Shown piece by piece: positions 1 to 9,218 of a DNA stretch of 64,000 nucleotides. The DNA is taken from contig CAZKCV010000001.1 in NCBI GenBank assembly GCA_964551605.1, forward strand, positions 61,992 to 125,991, given 5' to 3'. The notes under the pieces were generated by a model. That model did no database searches. It saw only the letters and a program-made list of their open reading frames with translations, and was not told the origin of the DNA. Position 1 is the first letter of the stretch. Every line of letters starts with the position of its first letter. The position numbers and the translations under genes were made by a program. The DNA comes from an uncultured Gammaproteobacteria bacterium (GTDB lineage: Bacteria; Patescibacteriota; Microgenomatia; Daviesbacterales; UBA10151).

Positions 1-52
1 ATAATTTTTAGCGTAAAGTGTTAAGGGAGAAGGGTTAAGTTGACTTTACCCT

Positions 53-811
53 TTACGCTTCCCCCTTTACCCTAGCTAATGCTTTTTTTAAGTCCTCCGG
101 CAGGGGGCTTTCAAATTCCACCCACTCTCCGCTTACCGGGTGCTTAAAACCAATTTTGGCCGCATGTAAAAATATCCTGGGACACCATCTTTTATCTAGC
201 CTGGAAACCTTGCGGCCGGCGTATTTTTCATCAGCGACAACCGGATGGTTGATGTATTTTAAGTGTACCCTGATTTGATGCGTTCGTCCAGTTTTTGGCA
301 AACACCTTAAAAGAGTAAAGAGTTCATAGTTCATAGTTCGTAGTTTCTTAAGCTGAATCTTGTTAAAGCTTTCGAATATCTTTTCTACCAACTCTGAACT
401 CATAACTAATAACTTAATTGGCTCATACTCAGTCACTGCTTCTTTGCCTTCCGGCAAAACTATAAATTTCTCCCGGTTGCCGGGGTTTCTGCCCACGTTA
501 CCCTCCACTACTCCGGCTTCTCCAATGCTGCCGTGAACCAGGGCTAAATATTCCTTCCTGACGACTCTCTCCTGAAACTGTTTCTGCAAGCTTTCCAAAG
601 CTACGGCAGTTTTAGCTGCCAGGATTACACCTGAGGTATCCTTATCCAACCGATGTACGATCCCCCCTCTGGGAAGATTAATCTTAAATTCTTTCTGTAA
701 AATGCCGGCTAAGGTTTCTCCCTTGACGGTCTCTGCCGGATCCACTACTAATCCGGGGGGTTTATCCAAAACCAGCAACTGGTCATCTTCGTAAATTATT
801 TGAGGAATCAT
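53..811 (-). CDS. RluA-family pseudouridine synthase (RluD-like) with an in-frame ~30-aa insertion
   Basis: HRLDKDTSGVILAAKT catalytic-Asp block and TGRTHQIRVH block are present. An extra segment MSSELVEKIFESFNKIQLKKLRTMNYELF lies between the conserved blocks and is encoded by DNA carrying inverted AGTTNNT heptad arrays at 321-345 and 390-414. Confidence 0.85.
   Translation of the reverse strand: MIPQIIYEDDQLLVLDKPPGLVVDPAETVKGETLAGILQKEFKINLPRGGIVHRLDKDTSGVILAAKTAVALESLQKQFQERVVRKEYLALVHGSIGEAGVVEGNVGRNPGNREKFIVLPEGKEAVTEYEPIKLLVMSSELVEKIFESFNKIQLKKLRTMNYELFTLLRCLPKTGRTHQIRVHLKYINHPVVADEKYAGRKVSRLDKRWCPRIFLHAAKIGFKHPVSGEWVEFESPLPEDLKKALARVKGEA
321..414. mobile_element. MITE-like insertion: two inverted AGTTNNT heptad arrays (321-345; 390-414) around a ~45-bp core, in-frame inside the rluA-family CDS
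   Basis: agttcatagttcatagttcgtagtt faces its near-reverse-complement aactctgaactcataactaataact. The same array family occurs intergenically at 1215-1247, 3570-3637 and 24681-24717. Confidence 0.5.
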
Positions 812-814
812 GAA

Positions 815-1198
815 TCAACCGGCCTTCTGCAGATAGCTTCTGACTTCCGTTAACACCTGGTCAGGATTTAAGGCAGACTTTATCAGGTAGCCGTTTGCCC
901 CCAGCTCAAAACATTCCCGGATAACTGTATCCTGCCCCAAGTTTGTTAAAACAACAATTGTCTGAGGTGATTTAGGCGGAGACGCCTTCAAATCCCTTAA
1001 TATCTGGACACCATCTTTTTTAGGCAGCATCAGGTCTAAAAGAACCAGATTATAGGCGTTGTTTTGAATCTTTGTTAAACCTGTTTCACCTTCAGCTGCC
1101 GTATCAATGGTATAACCTTCAGCTACGAGCAGCTCTTCGTAAAATTCCCGTAAGAACTGATCATCTTCAACTATCAAGATCTTCTTCTGTTGATCCAT
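815..1198 (-). CDS. single-domain response regulator (CheY-like receiver)
   Basis: KILIVEDDQFLREFYEELL...LVLLDLMLPKKDG receiver motifs. It lies 47 bp downstream of the histidine kinase gene on the same strand. Confidence 0.8.
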   Translation of the reverse strand: MDQQKKILIVEDDQFLREFYEELLVAEGYTIDTAAEGETGLTKIQNNAYNLVLLDLMLPKKDGVQILRDLKASPPKSPQTIVVLTNLGQDTVIRECFELGANGYLIKSALNPDQVLTEVRSYLQKAG

Positions 1199-1214
1199 AT
1201 AACCTTTATACCAT

Positions 1215-1247
1215 AAACTACCAACTACGAACTACTAACTCATAACT
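1215..1247. repeat. AGTTNNT heptad array (reverse orientation) in the HK-RR intergenic spacer
   Basis: aaactaccaactacgaactactaactcataact has 7-bp periodicity and is the reverse complement of AGTTATG AGTTAGT AGTTCGT AGTTGGT. Confidence 0.6.
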
Positions 1248-2217
1248 AAATAGCCACCGGTTCTAAACCCTTAACTTCACCTTTTGGTTTTACCCTAAAG
1301 CTATCAATATTTTGTAAATTCTCTGCTGTTGCCACCGGCAATGATACTACAAAAGTAGAACCTTTGTTTATGCCTGCCGAATAAGCTTTAATTCTGCCGT
1401 GCATAAGCTCAATTAAGCTTTTGGAAATAAACAGCCCGAGACCGGTTCCGCCGGAAGTAGCAGTAGCTGTATAAGAATTATCCAACCGGCTGAACTTATG
1501 GAACAGCTTACCTAAATCTTCTCTTGACATGCCGACACCGGTATCAGAAACCGCAATTTCCACTGTTTTACCGTCACAGAAGAAATCGAAGCTAATTTTT
1601 CCTCCATGAGGCGTAAACTTCAAAGAATTTCCTACTAAGTTTAAGAATACCTGCCTAAGCTTCTCCGGATCGGCAAATATCTTGGGACACCGTTTTTCTA
1701 AAACCTCAAATTGTATGGTTTTTTCCTGGGACTTTGAATAATAAACCTCATCAACAATATCCTTAATCAGCAGCAGCGGGTCAATTTGTTCAGGGTTGAT
1801 CTCAATCTTATTCGCCTCAATCCGGGACACGTTTAACATATCGTTAACCAGGTTAATCAAGCGCTCGGTTGACATCAATACCCTGACTAAATACCTTTCC
1901 AGAGTCTTTGATAGCGGCACATCGCTCCGATTAAGCGCCATCCAGGCATAAGAGCGAATAGCGGTCATGGGTGTCCGCAGTTCATGGGAAGCAATGGATA
2001 CAAAATCATCCTTTAACCGGTCAAGTTCTTTTAACCTGTCATTGGCCTGCGCTAAAAGAGCCAGGGTATTGCGCAACTCCTGGTTTACTCTTTCATTTTC
2101 CTGTGTCAAGAGCGTTAGTCTCTTATTTTGTTCTTCCAGATCTTTAGTTTTTTTATTGTAGAAAAAATTAATAATTAAGATAACAACCAGGAGGCCAACG
2201 CTGATAATGATGATCAT
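1246..2217 (-). CDS. sensor histidine kinase (membrane-anchored, HisKA + HATPase_c)
   Basis: N-terminal TM helix and coiled coil. H-box FVSIASHELRTPMTAIRSY. G2 box GTGLGLFISKSLIELMHG. Confidence 0.85.
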   Translation of the reverse strand: MIIIISVGLLVVILIINFFYNKKTKDLEEQNKRLTLLTQENERVNQELRNTLALLAQANDRLKELDRLKDDFVSIASHELRTPMTAIRSYAWMALNRSDVPLSKTLERYLVRVLMSTERLINLVNDMLNVSRIEANKIEINPEQIDPLLLIKDIVDEVYYSKSQEKTIQFEVLEKRCPKIFADPEKLRQVFLNLVGNSLKFTPHGGKISFDFFCDGKTVEIAVSDTGVGMSREDLGKLFHKFSRLDNSYTATATSGGTGLGLFISKSLIELMHGRIKAYSAGINKGSTFVVSLPVATAENLQNIDSFRVKPKGEVKGLEPVAI

Positions 2218-2253
2218 TAGATCAGATTACTACAATAATGAAGGCATTGGCAA

Positions 2254-2610
2254 TTACTTAAGCTTAGAGGAGCAGGCCAGGCAATATTGGGCTGTCGGCA
2301 TAGCCCAAATCCTGCCGATTTCTATTTGTTTGTTGCATTTCTCGCATTTGCCGTAAACCCCGTTTTTGAGCTTAAACAGGGCTGCTTTAATGCTGGTCTT
2401 GGCCTTTTTAAGTTGCTGCTCCAATACTACTGTTTTAGCGTGCGTATCGGCAATGTAAGAATCAGTTCCCGGCTCGGAAGATTCTGCCAGGGAGGGACTT
2501 AGCACCGGATCGCCGTCGCTGACATCTTTGAGATTCTTATCAATCTCTTTTTCTTTTCTACGCAGTGTGTCCTTAATAAATTTAAGGGTTTTCTTGGGTA
2601 AACTTAACAT
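2254..2610 (-). CDS. DksA/TraR-family C4 zinc-finger protein
   Basis: C-x2-C-x17-C-x2-C motif (CEKCNKQIEIGRIWAMPTAQYCLAC) at the C-terminus, preceded by a coiled-coil region. Confidence 0.7.
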   Translation of the reverse strand: MLSLPKKTLKFIKDTLRRKEKEIDKNLKDVSDGDPVLSPSLAESSEPGTDSYIADTHAKTVVLEQQLKKAKTSIKAALFKLKNGVYGKCEKCNKQIEIGRIWAMPTAQYCLACSSKLK

Positions 2611-3544
2611 TTATCCTCCTTAACAGTTTTTTTATACCGCCGGAATTCTTCTTTAAACTCCTGAGCTTCCAGCCGATTATAGTTTTTTGATTATACCAGC
2701 TTTTAGATAAATTTTGCAGTACCCTTTTTCTGGTCTCGGGATCAACCGTCAGTTGTACTAAAAACCTTCTGAGAAGTTTAAGGTGGATTAAAGGATTTTG
2801 TTTCGTGACTCTATAATAAATAGTTAAGCCCAAAAGAATAAAAACCGGGGAAAACATCCTGCCTGAATGATCCTGTCTTAGGGGATCAAGGATCAGGGTA
2901 ATGATGCCCACATACAAAAACCCCAAAGCGGCAATCTTGCCCCTCTGGTGGAAATGGGTAGCTTTTGACCAGATTTTCAGTAAACCCAGAGTCAGTAGCA
3001 CAGCTTCAATTAACTGGACCGGCCACCTTTTTCCCAAGGCTCCGACTATTGAAATGCCAAAAATTGAATTGGTAGGGGTGCCAATATTACAGCCTCCTAA
3101 AAAGCAACCGAAGTCGGATAATACCATTCCGCCCAATATGCCTACGAAGGCAATATCAGCCAGCTGCCAGAAATCCAGGCGCTTCCGCCGGGCAAAGTAA
3201 TACAAGGTCAGCCAACCTCCCAAAATCCCGCCCCAAAAAGATAATCCCGTAACTTTATTAATTAACAGCAGATTAAGCGGTGAAGTTATGAAAATAGGCA
3301 GGTTTTCAATGGCAAAATAAACCCTCGCACCAACTATGGCACCAAAAACGGTCAATAAAGTCAGATCCAAAATTTTTTCCTCGTCTAAATCCCAGGCTCT
3401 GGCTAACCTCCAAACCAAAAACATTCCCAGTAAAAATCCTAATATTAAAAATATCCCGAAAGATGATACAGGCCATCCCCCGATTGAAAAAAGTACCGGT
3501 AACATGTTGCCAAATAGCCTACCATAACAGTTGGTTTGAATCAA
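2582..3544 (-). CDS. lgt: prolipoprotein diacylglyceryl transferase
   Basis: N-terminal LFSIGGWPVSSFGIFLILGFLLGMFLVWRLA and WGGILGG / GCFLGGCNIGTPTNSIFG blocks resemble the Lgt signature. Multi-TM. The ORF starts at TTG; an ATG at 3505 is an alternative start. Confidence 0.75.
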   Translation of the reverse strand: MIQTNCYGRLFGNMLPVLFSIGGWPVSSFGIFLILGFLLGMFLVWRLARAWDLDEEKILDLTLLTVFGAIVGARVYFAIENLPIFITSPLNLLLINKVTGLSFWGGILGGWLTLYYFARRKRLDFWQLADIAFVGILGGMVLSDFGCFLGGCNIGTPTNSIFGISIVGALGKRWPVQLIEAVLLTLGLLKIWSKATHFHQRGKIAALGFLYVGIITLILDPLRQDHSGRMFSPVFILLGLTIYYRVTKQNPLIHLKLLRRFLVQLTVDPETRKRVLQNLSKSWYNQKTIIGWKLRSLKKNSGGIKKLLRRINVKFTQENP

Positions 3545-3569
3545 ATGGACAAACAGGGTATACTTAAAT

Positions 3570-3637
3570 AGTTAGTAGTTATGAGTTCATAGTTCGTAGA
3601 CAAAACACTACGAACTACCAACTCCGAACTCAATACT
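3570..3637. repeat. palindromic pair of AGTTNNT heptad arrays with an 8-bp spacer (hairpin-capable) in a divergent intergenic region
   Basis: agttagtagttatgagttcatagttcgtag + acaaaaca + ctacgaactaccaactccgaactcaatact. The arms are near-perfect reverse complements. Confidence 0.65.
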
Positions 3638-3642
3638 CAATT

Positions 3643-4089
3643 ATGACTGCAACCGCACATGCATTAATAGGAGGAGCTATTGCCGCTTCCACTCCGGGAA
3701 ATCCTGCTTTGGGTTTAACACTGTCCGCGCTTTCCCATCCTCTGGTTGATTTAATCCCTCACTGGGATTTCGGGATCGGCTGGCAAAAGAAAGGTAAAAC
3801 TGTGCTCCTGCTACAATCTCTGGCTGATTTGGCTATCGGAGTCGGTCTAGCTTTTTTGATTTTTGGAAATTCCACCAATTATCTCTATCTGGCTCTTTGT
3901 ATATTAATGGCTGAATCCTTTGACATCCTGCAAATGCCTTATTTATTATTTAATTGGAAATTTCTGCCTTTTTCAGCCTTTTATCATTTCGGACACAGTA
4001 CCAATGGCCGGGCCAAAATGCCCTGGGGAATTGTCACACAGGCAGCCACTGTTTCAGGCCTTATTTTAGCCTTGCGGGTTCTGCACTAA
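3643..4089 (+). CDS. small His-rich integral membrane protein, possibly YdjM/DUF457-like metal-dependent hydrolase
   Basis: MTATAHALIGGAIAAS N-terminus, several TM segments, conserved-looking His residues. The family assignment is from memory only. Confidence 0.4.
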   Translation: MTATAHALIGGAIAASTPGNPALGLTLSALSHPLVDLIPHWDFGIGWQKKGKTVLLLQSLADLAIGVGLAFLIFGNSTNYLYLALCILMAESFDILQMPYLLFNWKFLPFSAFYHFGHSTNGRAKMPWGIVTQAATVSGLILALRVLH

Positions 4090-4956
4090 CTCATTTAAAT
4101 ACTCGGTAAATTCTTCACCTATCTCCGGATGCTTCTTGGCTAAATCAACCACGGTTTTCATGTACTCCAATTTATTGCCGGTATCATAATATTTGGCATT
4201 TTTCACCTCCACCGTATAAAGAGGAATGCCTTCATCACGCAGTAAGTTTATGGCATCAACCAGCCAGATTTCCCCGCCTTGACCCGGTTGGACCCTTTTG
4301 AGGGCCGAAAAAATTTCCGGAGGCAGGATATAAGCACCATGGGTAGCCAGGTTAGAAGGAGCTTTATCAGGATCCGGTTTTTCTACTATTGACTTAATCT
4401 TGTAGACATTGCCTTCTACCGGCTCAAGGTCTGCTATGCCGTAGCTGCTTAGATCCTCTTTTTTCTCAATTCTAACCCCGGAAATAACCATCCCCCCGTA
4501 TTTTTCATAGACATCAATCATTTGTTTTAACCGGGGCGGCTCTGCCAAAATAAACTCATCCCCCCAAACCACCGCAAAAGGCTCATCTTCAATGACCGAT
4601 TCCCCGGAAAGAACAGGTGTACCGTTGCCATAGGAACCTTTTTGGCGGATGTATATAAAATTAGCCATCTCCGAGATGTTTTTTAACTGCTCCAGGATCT
4701 TCTCTTTATTGCCGTTTACCAGGTTTTGAACCAAATCCTCGCTTGGCATATCAAAATGATCTTCAATGGCCCGCTTGGTGGCACCGGTCACCATAATAAT
4801 ATTGTCTATCCCGGAGCCGACTATTTCTTCCACCACATATTGGATAACAGGTTTATCCACAATGGGCAACATCTCCTTGGGCATGGCCTTGGTTTGGGGG
4901 AGGAAACGGGTTCCAAACCCGGCGGCAGGTATTAAAGCCTTAGTTATTTTTTTCAT
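4066..4956 (-). CDS. galU: UTP--glucose-1-phosphate uridylyltransferase
   Basis: KALIPAAGFGTRFLPQTKAMPKEMLPIVDKPVIQYVVEE is the classic GalU N-terminus. Length 296 aa. Confidence 0.9.
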   Translation of the reverse strand: MKKITKALIPAAGFGTRFLPQTKAMPKEMLPIVDKPVIQYVVEEIVGSGIDNIIMVTGATKRAIEDHFDMPSEDLVQNLVNGNKEKILEQLKNISEMANFIYIRQKGSYGNGTPVLSGESVIEDEPFAVVWGDEFILAEPPRLKQMIDVYEKYGGMVISGVRIEKKEDLSSYGIADLEPVEGNVYKIKSIVEKPDPDKAPSNLATHGAYILPPEIFSALKRVQPGQGGEIWLVDAINLLRDEGIPLYTVEVKNAKYYDTGNKLEYMKTVVDLAKKHPEIGEEFTEYLNELVQNPQG

Positions 4957-5516
4957 TTGACTCTTTCGATATATTGTCCTGACCTTGTATCTACTTTAAC
5001 ACGTTCTCCAACTTTCATAAACATAGGGACTTTAACTACTAAACCATTATCTAAAATGGCTTCCTTAAACACATTGGATACCGTATTACCCTTCTCTCCC
5101 GGTCCGGTTTCCGTGATTGTGTAGTTTAAACTTAAGGGAAGTTCTAAGCCTAATGCTTCACCGTCTGAAACAATCAAAATTACTTCCAAACCGTCTTTTA
5201 AATATTTGGCTTGGGTTAATAAAACGCTTGCAGGAATGGTAAATTGTTCAAAGCTTACAGGATCCATAAAGTTAAAACTGTCTCCCTCCCGGTAAAGAAA
5301 CTGGGCTTTTTTCTTTTCTACACTAGCCTCATCTACCCTGGCTCCGGTAATAAAAGATTTCTCAACCACTGAGCCGGTCCGGATACTTCTGACTTTAACC
5401 TTGATATTGCCGGAACCCCGGCCGGTTTTAACATGTTCATATGTCAAAACCAAAAGGATATCTTTCCCTTCCTTAAAGAAAGTACCATTCTTAAGATCAG
5501 TTACATTCAATGCCAT
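4953..5516 (-). CDS. efp: elongation factor P (start moved to the internal MALNVTDLKNG; Arg at the modified-loop tip)
   Basis: Homology runs over the full length (KOW-like N-domain + two OB domains), 187 aa from the ATG at 5516. Loop reads HVKTGRGSG where E. coli has KPGKG. Confidence 0.9.
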   Translation of the reverse strand: MALNVTDLKNGTFFKEGKDILLVLTYEHVKTGRGSGNIKVKVRSIRTGSVVEKSFITGARVDEASVEKKKAQFLYREGDSFNFMDPVSFEQFTIPASVLLTQAKYLKDGLEVILIVSDGEALGLELPLSLNYTITETGPGEKGNTVSNVFKEAILDNGLVVKVPMFMKVGERVKVDTRSGQYIERVK

Positions 5517-5564
5517 AAGTAAAAATTCTACCAGAAACATTATATGAAATCCATCAGCCCATAG

Positions 5565-5987
5565 TTGACAAAGATAGATTTTTGCCGTATACTTACCAAA
5601 CAAATGAGAAAAGAACGTCTAATATTGAGTGGTTTGGCAATATCGGGTTTAGGATTGGCCGCTGCATGCGGAAGAACTCCTGACGCAGCTGACAGCCTCC
5701 TTGTACAATGCCAGGCCAAGAATCAAGAAACAGTAAGTAAAGACTTAGAACTGTCAAATGGTCAGCGTTTTAATGCTGGAGATAGACTGGTAGAAGTTTT
5801 AGCTCATGGAAGAATACGTATCACAACCAAATCAATAGACCTTCAAGATGGATCTGCAATTCTGGCAGGGGACGGTCTTGGTTTCGGATCTTTGTTTTAC
5901 AATAAAGACTTAGCTCTAGGAGTTAAATCAGCTCAAGATAAAACTATACTCACTCTCACACTTAACTGCTTAAGCCCACAAAAATAG
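5565..5987 (+). CDS. hypothetical lipoprotein/secreted protein
   Basis: Signal-peptide-like N-terminus ending LAAACG (lipobox-like). No recognisable domain. Confidence 0.35.
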   Translation: MTKIDFCRILTKQMRKERLILSGLAISGLGLAAACGRTPDAADSLLVQCQAKNQETVSKDLELSNGQRFNAGDRLVEVLAHGRIRITTKSIDLQDGSAILAGDGLGFGSLFYNKDLALGVKSAQDKTILTLTLNCLSPQK

Positions 5988-6070
5988 TACACCCTAAATA
6001 TCACTCTCTTCCATTTCCAACCCCCGGTGTTAAATAGCTTCCAACCTAAGGTTTTAATAATACCTAATAC

Positions 6071-6104
6071 CACCCTAGGGGTGAACATAGGTTGACACCC
6101 CAGG
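6071..6104. repeat. 34-bp CTAG-palindrome dispersed repeat, copy A
   Basis: caccctaggggtgaacataggttgacaccccagg. Copies B (14668-14701) and C (27205-27238) match it at about 90%. It is built from CCCTAGGG and AACCTAGGTT palindromes. Confidence 0.7.
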
Positions 6105-6214
6105 AAAGAATCTGTCCACCCTTACATACACCCTTGGGTGCGGGTTAATTCTGGTTCAAGAATAAACTCATAGTAGTTGCAATAACACATTGCCTGTGAT
6201 AAACTTGGCAACTT

Positions 6215-6595
6215 ATGCATGAATTAGTTGATAAAGCTCTCTATTGGACTGGATTTAGAGGCAAAGAATATGCAATTCGTACCCAACAAATAGGCAACGA
6301 GCAACAAGGCAACTCAATTTCTTTTTCAGTCTACGATGGTAAAAGGTTTAAAGAAACAATAGGACCATTCTCGGCCTTTAATATGGTATCAAGGATTGAC
6401 AGAAAAAGAATCATAGGAAGATTGGAGTGGACCAGCGGGATAAGCAGCGCACTAGGAGGCTCTGCTTTGGTAATCAGCAGTGGACAATTATTACCTGGTC
6501 TAGGTTTTGTTGTATTAGGGATTTTACTTACAAAAGACGGTAAGGAAAGAAGGGATCTCGCATCATCGATCATCAATAACTTCACTAGAAAATAG
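6215..6595 (+). CDS. hypothetical protein
   Basis: ORF only; hydrophobic C-terminal segment. No recognisable motif. Confidence 0.3.
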   Translation: MHELVDKALYWTGFRGKEYAIRTQQIGNEQQGNSISFSVYDGKRFKETIGPFSAFNMVSRIDRKRIIGRLEWTSGISSALGGSALVISSGQLLPGLGFVVLGILLTKDGKERRDLASSIINNFTRK

Positions 6596-6600
6596 CTCTT

Positions 6601-9165
6601 TTACAATTTCTGTAAAAAGTCAGCAATTTTCTTTCCGTCTCTTTTTAACCATTCGGCATTGGAATAAATCTGTTCCAGGGCTTGAGCGATAGTTCTTTTG
6701 GCTTCCGGAACCGGGTTTTTCTTTACAAAGCCTTCAATATCTTTGGCATCCTCTTTTTTGGTAAACTGCCCGGCTGGACCAAATACTTTAGTAAAATAAT
6801 GTCCTCCGGCATACCTTTCTTTAAGTAATCTCCAGTTCTTTTTTACAAATTCCCAAGCTAAATATCGCCCGACAGGATTGCTCCAAACAGCAGCGATGAT
6901 TTGCAAACTATTTTGGAATCTGACATGCTTGGAAATGGAAAAATCCAGGGTTTTAGAAAGTAACTGTTTACTATTAAACTTACCTAATGCCCTTCCAATT
7001 CTATCTTTTTCCTGTTGATTATCTTTCTCTTTATACATCTTCATTAAAGTCTCAAATTCTGCTTTGCTGCCATTTTCAGCCACTAAATTGTAAACTACAG
7101 CCTTTAGATCAGGGTCAATTTTCTTACCGAATAAACTTTGGGCGGTTTTTATAGTTTCCTGATCTCCGAATCCTCCCAGCATATTCAAGACCATGCCCCG
7201 AAGCAAGGAATCAGTATGTTTCTCGCCTTTTCTAGTTTTCCAGCCCAGCTTTCCGGCTATACCTTTATAAATACTTATGCCATATTTTTTGAAATCTTTG
7301 TAAAAAGACTTTTGTGCCAACAAAGAATCAAGTTGTAACAACTTTCCTGTCAACTCAGCCCAAACCGTGTAATCTTCTTCATCCCTATAACTTTTAGCCA
7401 GCTCCAAAGACAAAGTAGTCGGGCTTTGGCCTGATTCTGCCAAAGAAAAAGAGTCCCTGATAAGGCCTAATCTGTCCGGTGCCGGGAGTTTATTTTTCTT
7501 AACAGCCTGTTCCAGGTTTTTAAGATAGGAATGAGGATAATCAATTCTGACCATGGATACTTCTCCCATGTTAAGTTTTTCTCCTTTGTCAGGGATACTC
7601 ATTTGTTTTTTCTCCATCAGAAACTGTTCGCTACCTATTCTTAGAGGTATATTCCAAATAGTGTTATCTTTCGTTTCTTTTTTAGAAATTGGACTGGAGA
7701 AAAATCTGGATTGAATTAATTCCAGCTTCCCCCTTTCCCCTTTATGCTTTACCCTTATCAACGGATGTCCCGGCTTTGAAGTCCAGTTTTTCATTACTTT
7801 AGTAACCGGCTTACCGCTTTTTTCCTCCAGCGCTTTCCATAAATCTTCTGTTCTGGTATTGGAATAAGCATGTCTTTTCAGATAATGCTGCAGGCCTTTT
7901 TGGAAATCCTTATCCCCTAAATATTGCCAAAGCATCCGCAGCACCGAGGCCCCTTTGGCATAAGAAACACTGTCAAAGATTTCGGAAATTTCCGCCGGGT
8001 GGCCAACTTCCACTTCAATCGGGTGGGTATTTTTTAGAGCATCAAGAGAAAGAGCCTCGGCCAGCTCAGTTCCCACAAACTGAGTCCAAATATCCCATTC
8101 CGGAAAAATATTATTGATAGCCAAATACTCTATAAAACAAGCAAAACCTTCATTCAGCCAAAGGTGAGTCCACCACTCCATGGTAACTAAATTGCCAAAC
8201 CACTGGTGGGCCAGCTCATGGGCAATTACCAATGCCACCCGTTGCTTGTTTTCTGTAGATGAGACTTCTTCATGAACCAAAAGAGCTGACTCCCGGTAAG
8301 TCACTGCTCCCCAGTTTTCCATAGCCCCGGCTGCAAAATCAGGAATAGCAATCATATCTAAAACAGGTAATGGGTAAGGGGTACCAAAATAATTGTCATA
8401 AAAATCTAAACATTTGCCGGCCACCTCCAGGGCAAACCTGGCCTGCTCTTTTTTGCCGGGAGAAGTAAAAACCCTGACTAAAACCCCATTCTTGGTTTTG
8501 CCTTCAATATATTCAAAATCCCCTACAATAAAGGCTAAAAGATAGGTAGACATCTTGGGAGTAGGAACAAATTCCACTATTTTGTAACCGGATTCATGCT
8601 CGGAAATATTAGACGGCACCGTGTTTGAAATAGCTGCCATCCCGGCCGGAACCATCAAAGTCACATCAAAGATGGCTTTTTGGGCCGGTTCATCAAAAGA
8701 AGGAAATGCCCTCCTCGCATCAGTTGACTCAAACTGGGTAGTTGCCAGATGCTTTGATACTCCACTCACTTCATAGCGGGAACGGTAAAAACCCCGCATC
8801 TTATCATTCAAAATTCCCTGAAAGGTAAGTTTTAACTGTCCCTTGCCTTTTTGAATGTTTTTAGGAAAGCTAAAGGTGGCAGTTTCTGCCTTTTTGTCGT
8901 AGCTGATCTTCCCAGCCCAAATTTCTTTGTTTTTATGAACAAACTCAGCACTTTCTATTTCCAGCTCCACAGCATGAAGCGTGATTTGTTTGGAGGGTTT
9001 GTCTAAAGATAAAAAAATTGTCTCTTCTCCGGTAAAAGTAAACTCATTCAAATCCGGCTTGAGCATGATCTTGTAACGCTCCGGCTTAACATGAACCGGC
9101 AGTCTAATACTAATTTTATTTTTCATAATTTGTAACTTATATCTGAATCTCCATCGCTTGTCCAT
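6601..9165 (-). CDS. pepN: aminopeptidase N (M1 family)
   Basis: GAMEN motif (AAGAMENWGAV) and HEXXH-18-E zinc site (HELAHQWFGNLVTMEWWTHLWLNEGFA). An ATG at 9126 is an alternative start. Confidence 0.9.
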   Translation of the reverse strand: MDKRWRFRYKLQIMKNKISIRLPVHVKPERYKIMLKPDLNEFTFTGEETIFLSLDKPSKQITLHAVELEIESAEFVHKNKEIWAGKISYDKKAETATFSFPKNIQKGKGQLKLTFQGILNDKMRGFYRSRYEVSGVSKHLATTQFESTDARRAFPSFDEPAQKAIFDVTLMVPAGMAAISNTVPSNISEHESGYKIVEFVPTPKMSTYLLAFIVGDFEYIEGKTKNGVLVRVFTSPGKKEQARFALEVAGKCLDFYDNYFGTPYPLPVLDMIAIPDFAAGAMENWGAVTYRESALLVHEEVSSTENKQRVALVIAHELAHQWFGNLVTMEWWTHLWLNEGFACFIEYLAINNIFPEWDIWTQFVGTELAEALSLDALKNTHPIEVEVGHPAEISEIFDSVSYAKGASVLRMLWQYLGDKDFQKGLQHYLKRHAYSNTRTEDLWKALEEKSGKPVTKVMKNWTSKPGHPLIRVKHKGERGKLELIQSRFFSSPISKKETKDNTIWNIPLRIGSEQFLMEKKQMSIPDKGEKLNMGEVSMVRIDYPHSYLKNLEQAVKKNKLPAPDRLGLIRDSFSLAESGQSPTTLSLELAKSYRDEEDYTVWAELTGKLLQLDSLLAQKSFYKDFKKYGISIYKGIAGKLGWKTRKGEKHTDSLLRGMVLNMLGGFGDQETIKTAQSLFGKKIDPDLKAVVYNLVAENGSKAEFETLMKMYKEKDNQQEKDRIGRALGKFNSKQLLSKTLDFSISKHVRFQNSLQIIAAVWSNPVGRYLAWEFVKKNWRLLKERYAGGHYFTKVFGPAGQFTKKEDAKDIEGFVKKNPVPEAKRTIAQALEQIYSNAEWLKRDGKKIADFLQKL

Positions 9166-9188
9166 AGTCCACTCTGTAATCCCTCATT

Positions 9189-9217
9189 CATTTGTACCAC
9201 GGTCGGAGGACATTTGT
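9189..9217. promoter_or_regulatory. direct-repeat copy 1 (operator-like) between the PaaX-like gene and the pepN start
   Basis: catttgtaccacggtcggaggacatttgt. A near-identical copy at 9721-9749 sits 8 nt upstream of the PaaX-like start codon. Confidence 0.5.
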
Positions 9218-9218
9218 T

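Noticed and set aside
1967-2161. Small antisense ORFs inside confident genes (for example 1967-2161, 7138-7338, 10374-10955, 21921-22493, 27769-28230, 38403-38954)
   Set aside because: They lie antisense to, or out of frame within, strongly supported CDSs, have low-complexity translations and no start-site support. Treated as spurious frames.
6190-6215. Sigma-54 (-24/-12) promoter TGGCAActtaTGCA upstream of the 6215 ORF
   Set aside because: GG/GC spacing is off by one, no sigma-54 or bacterial enhancer-binding-protein gene is visible, and such lineages usually lack RpoN. Likely chance.
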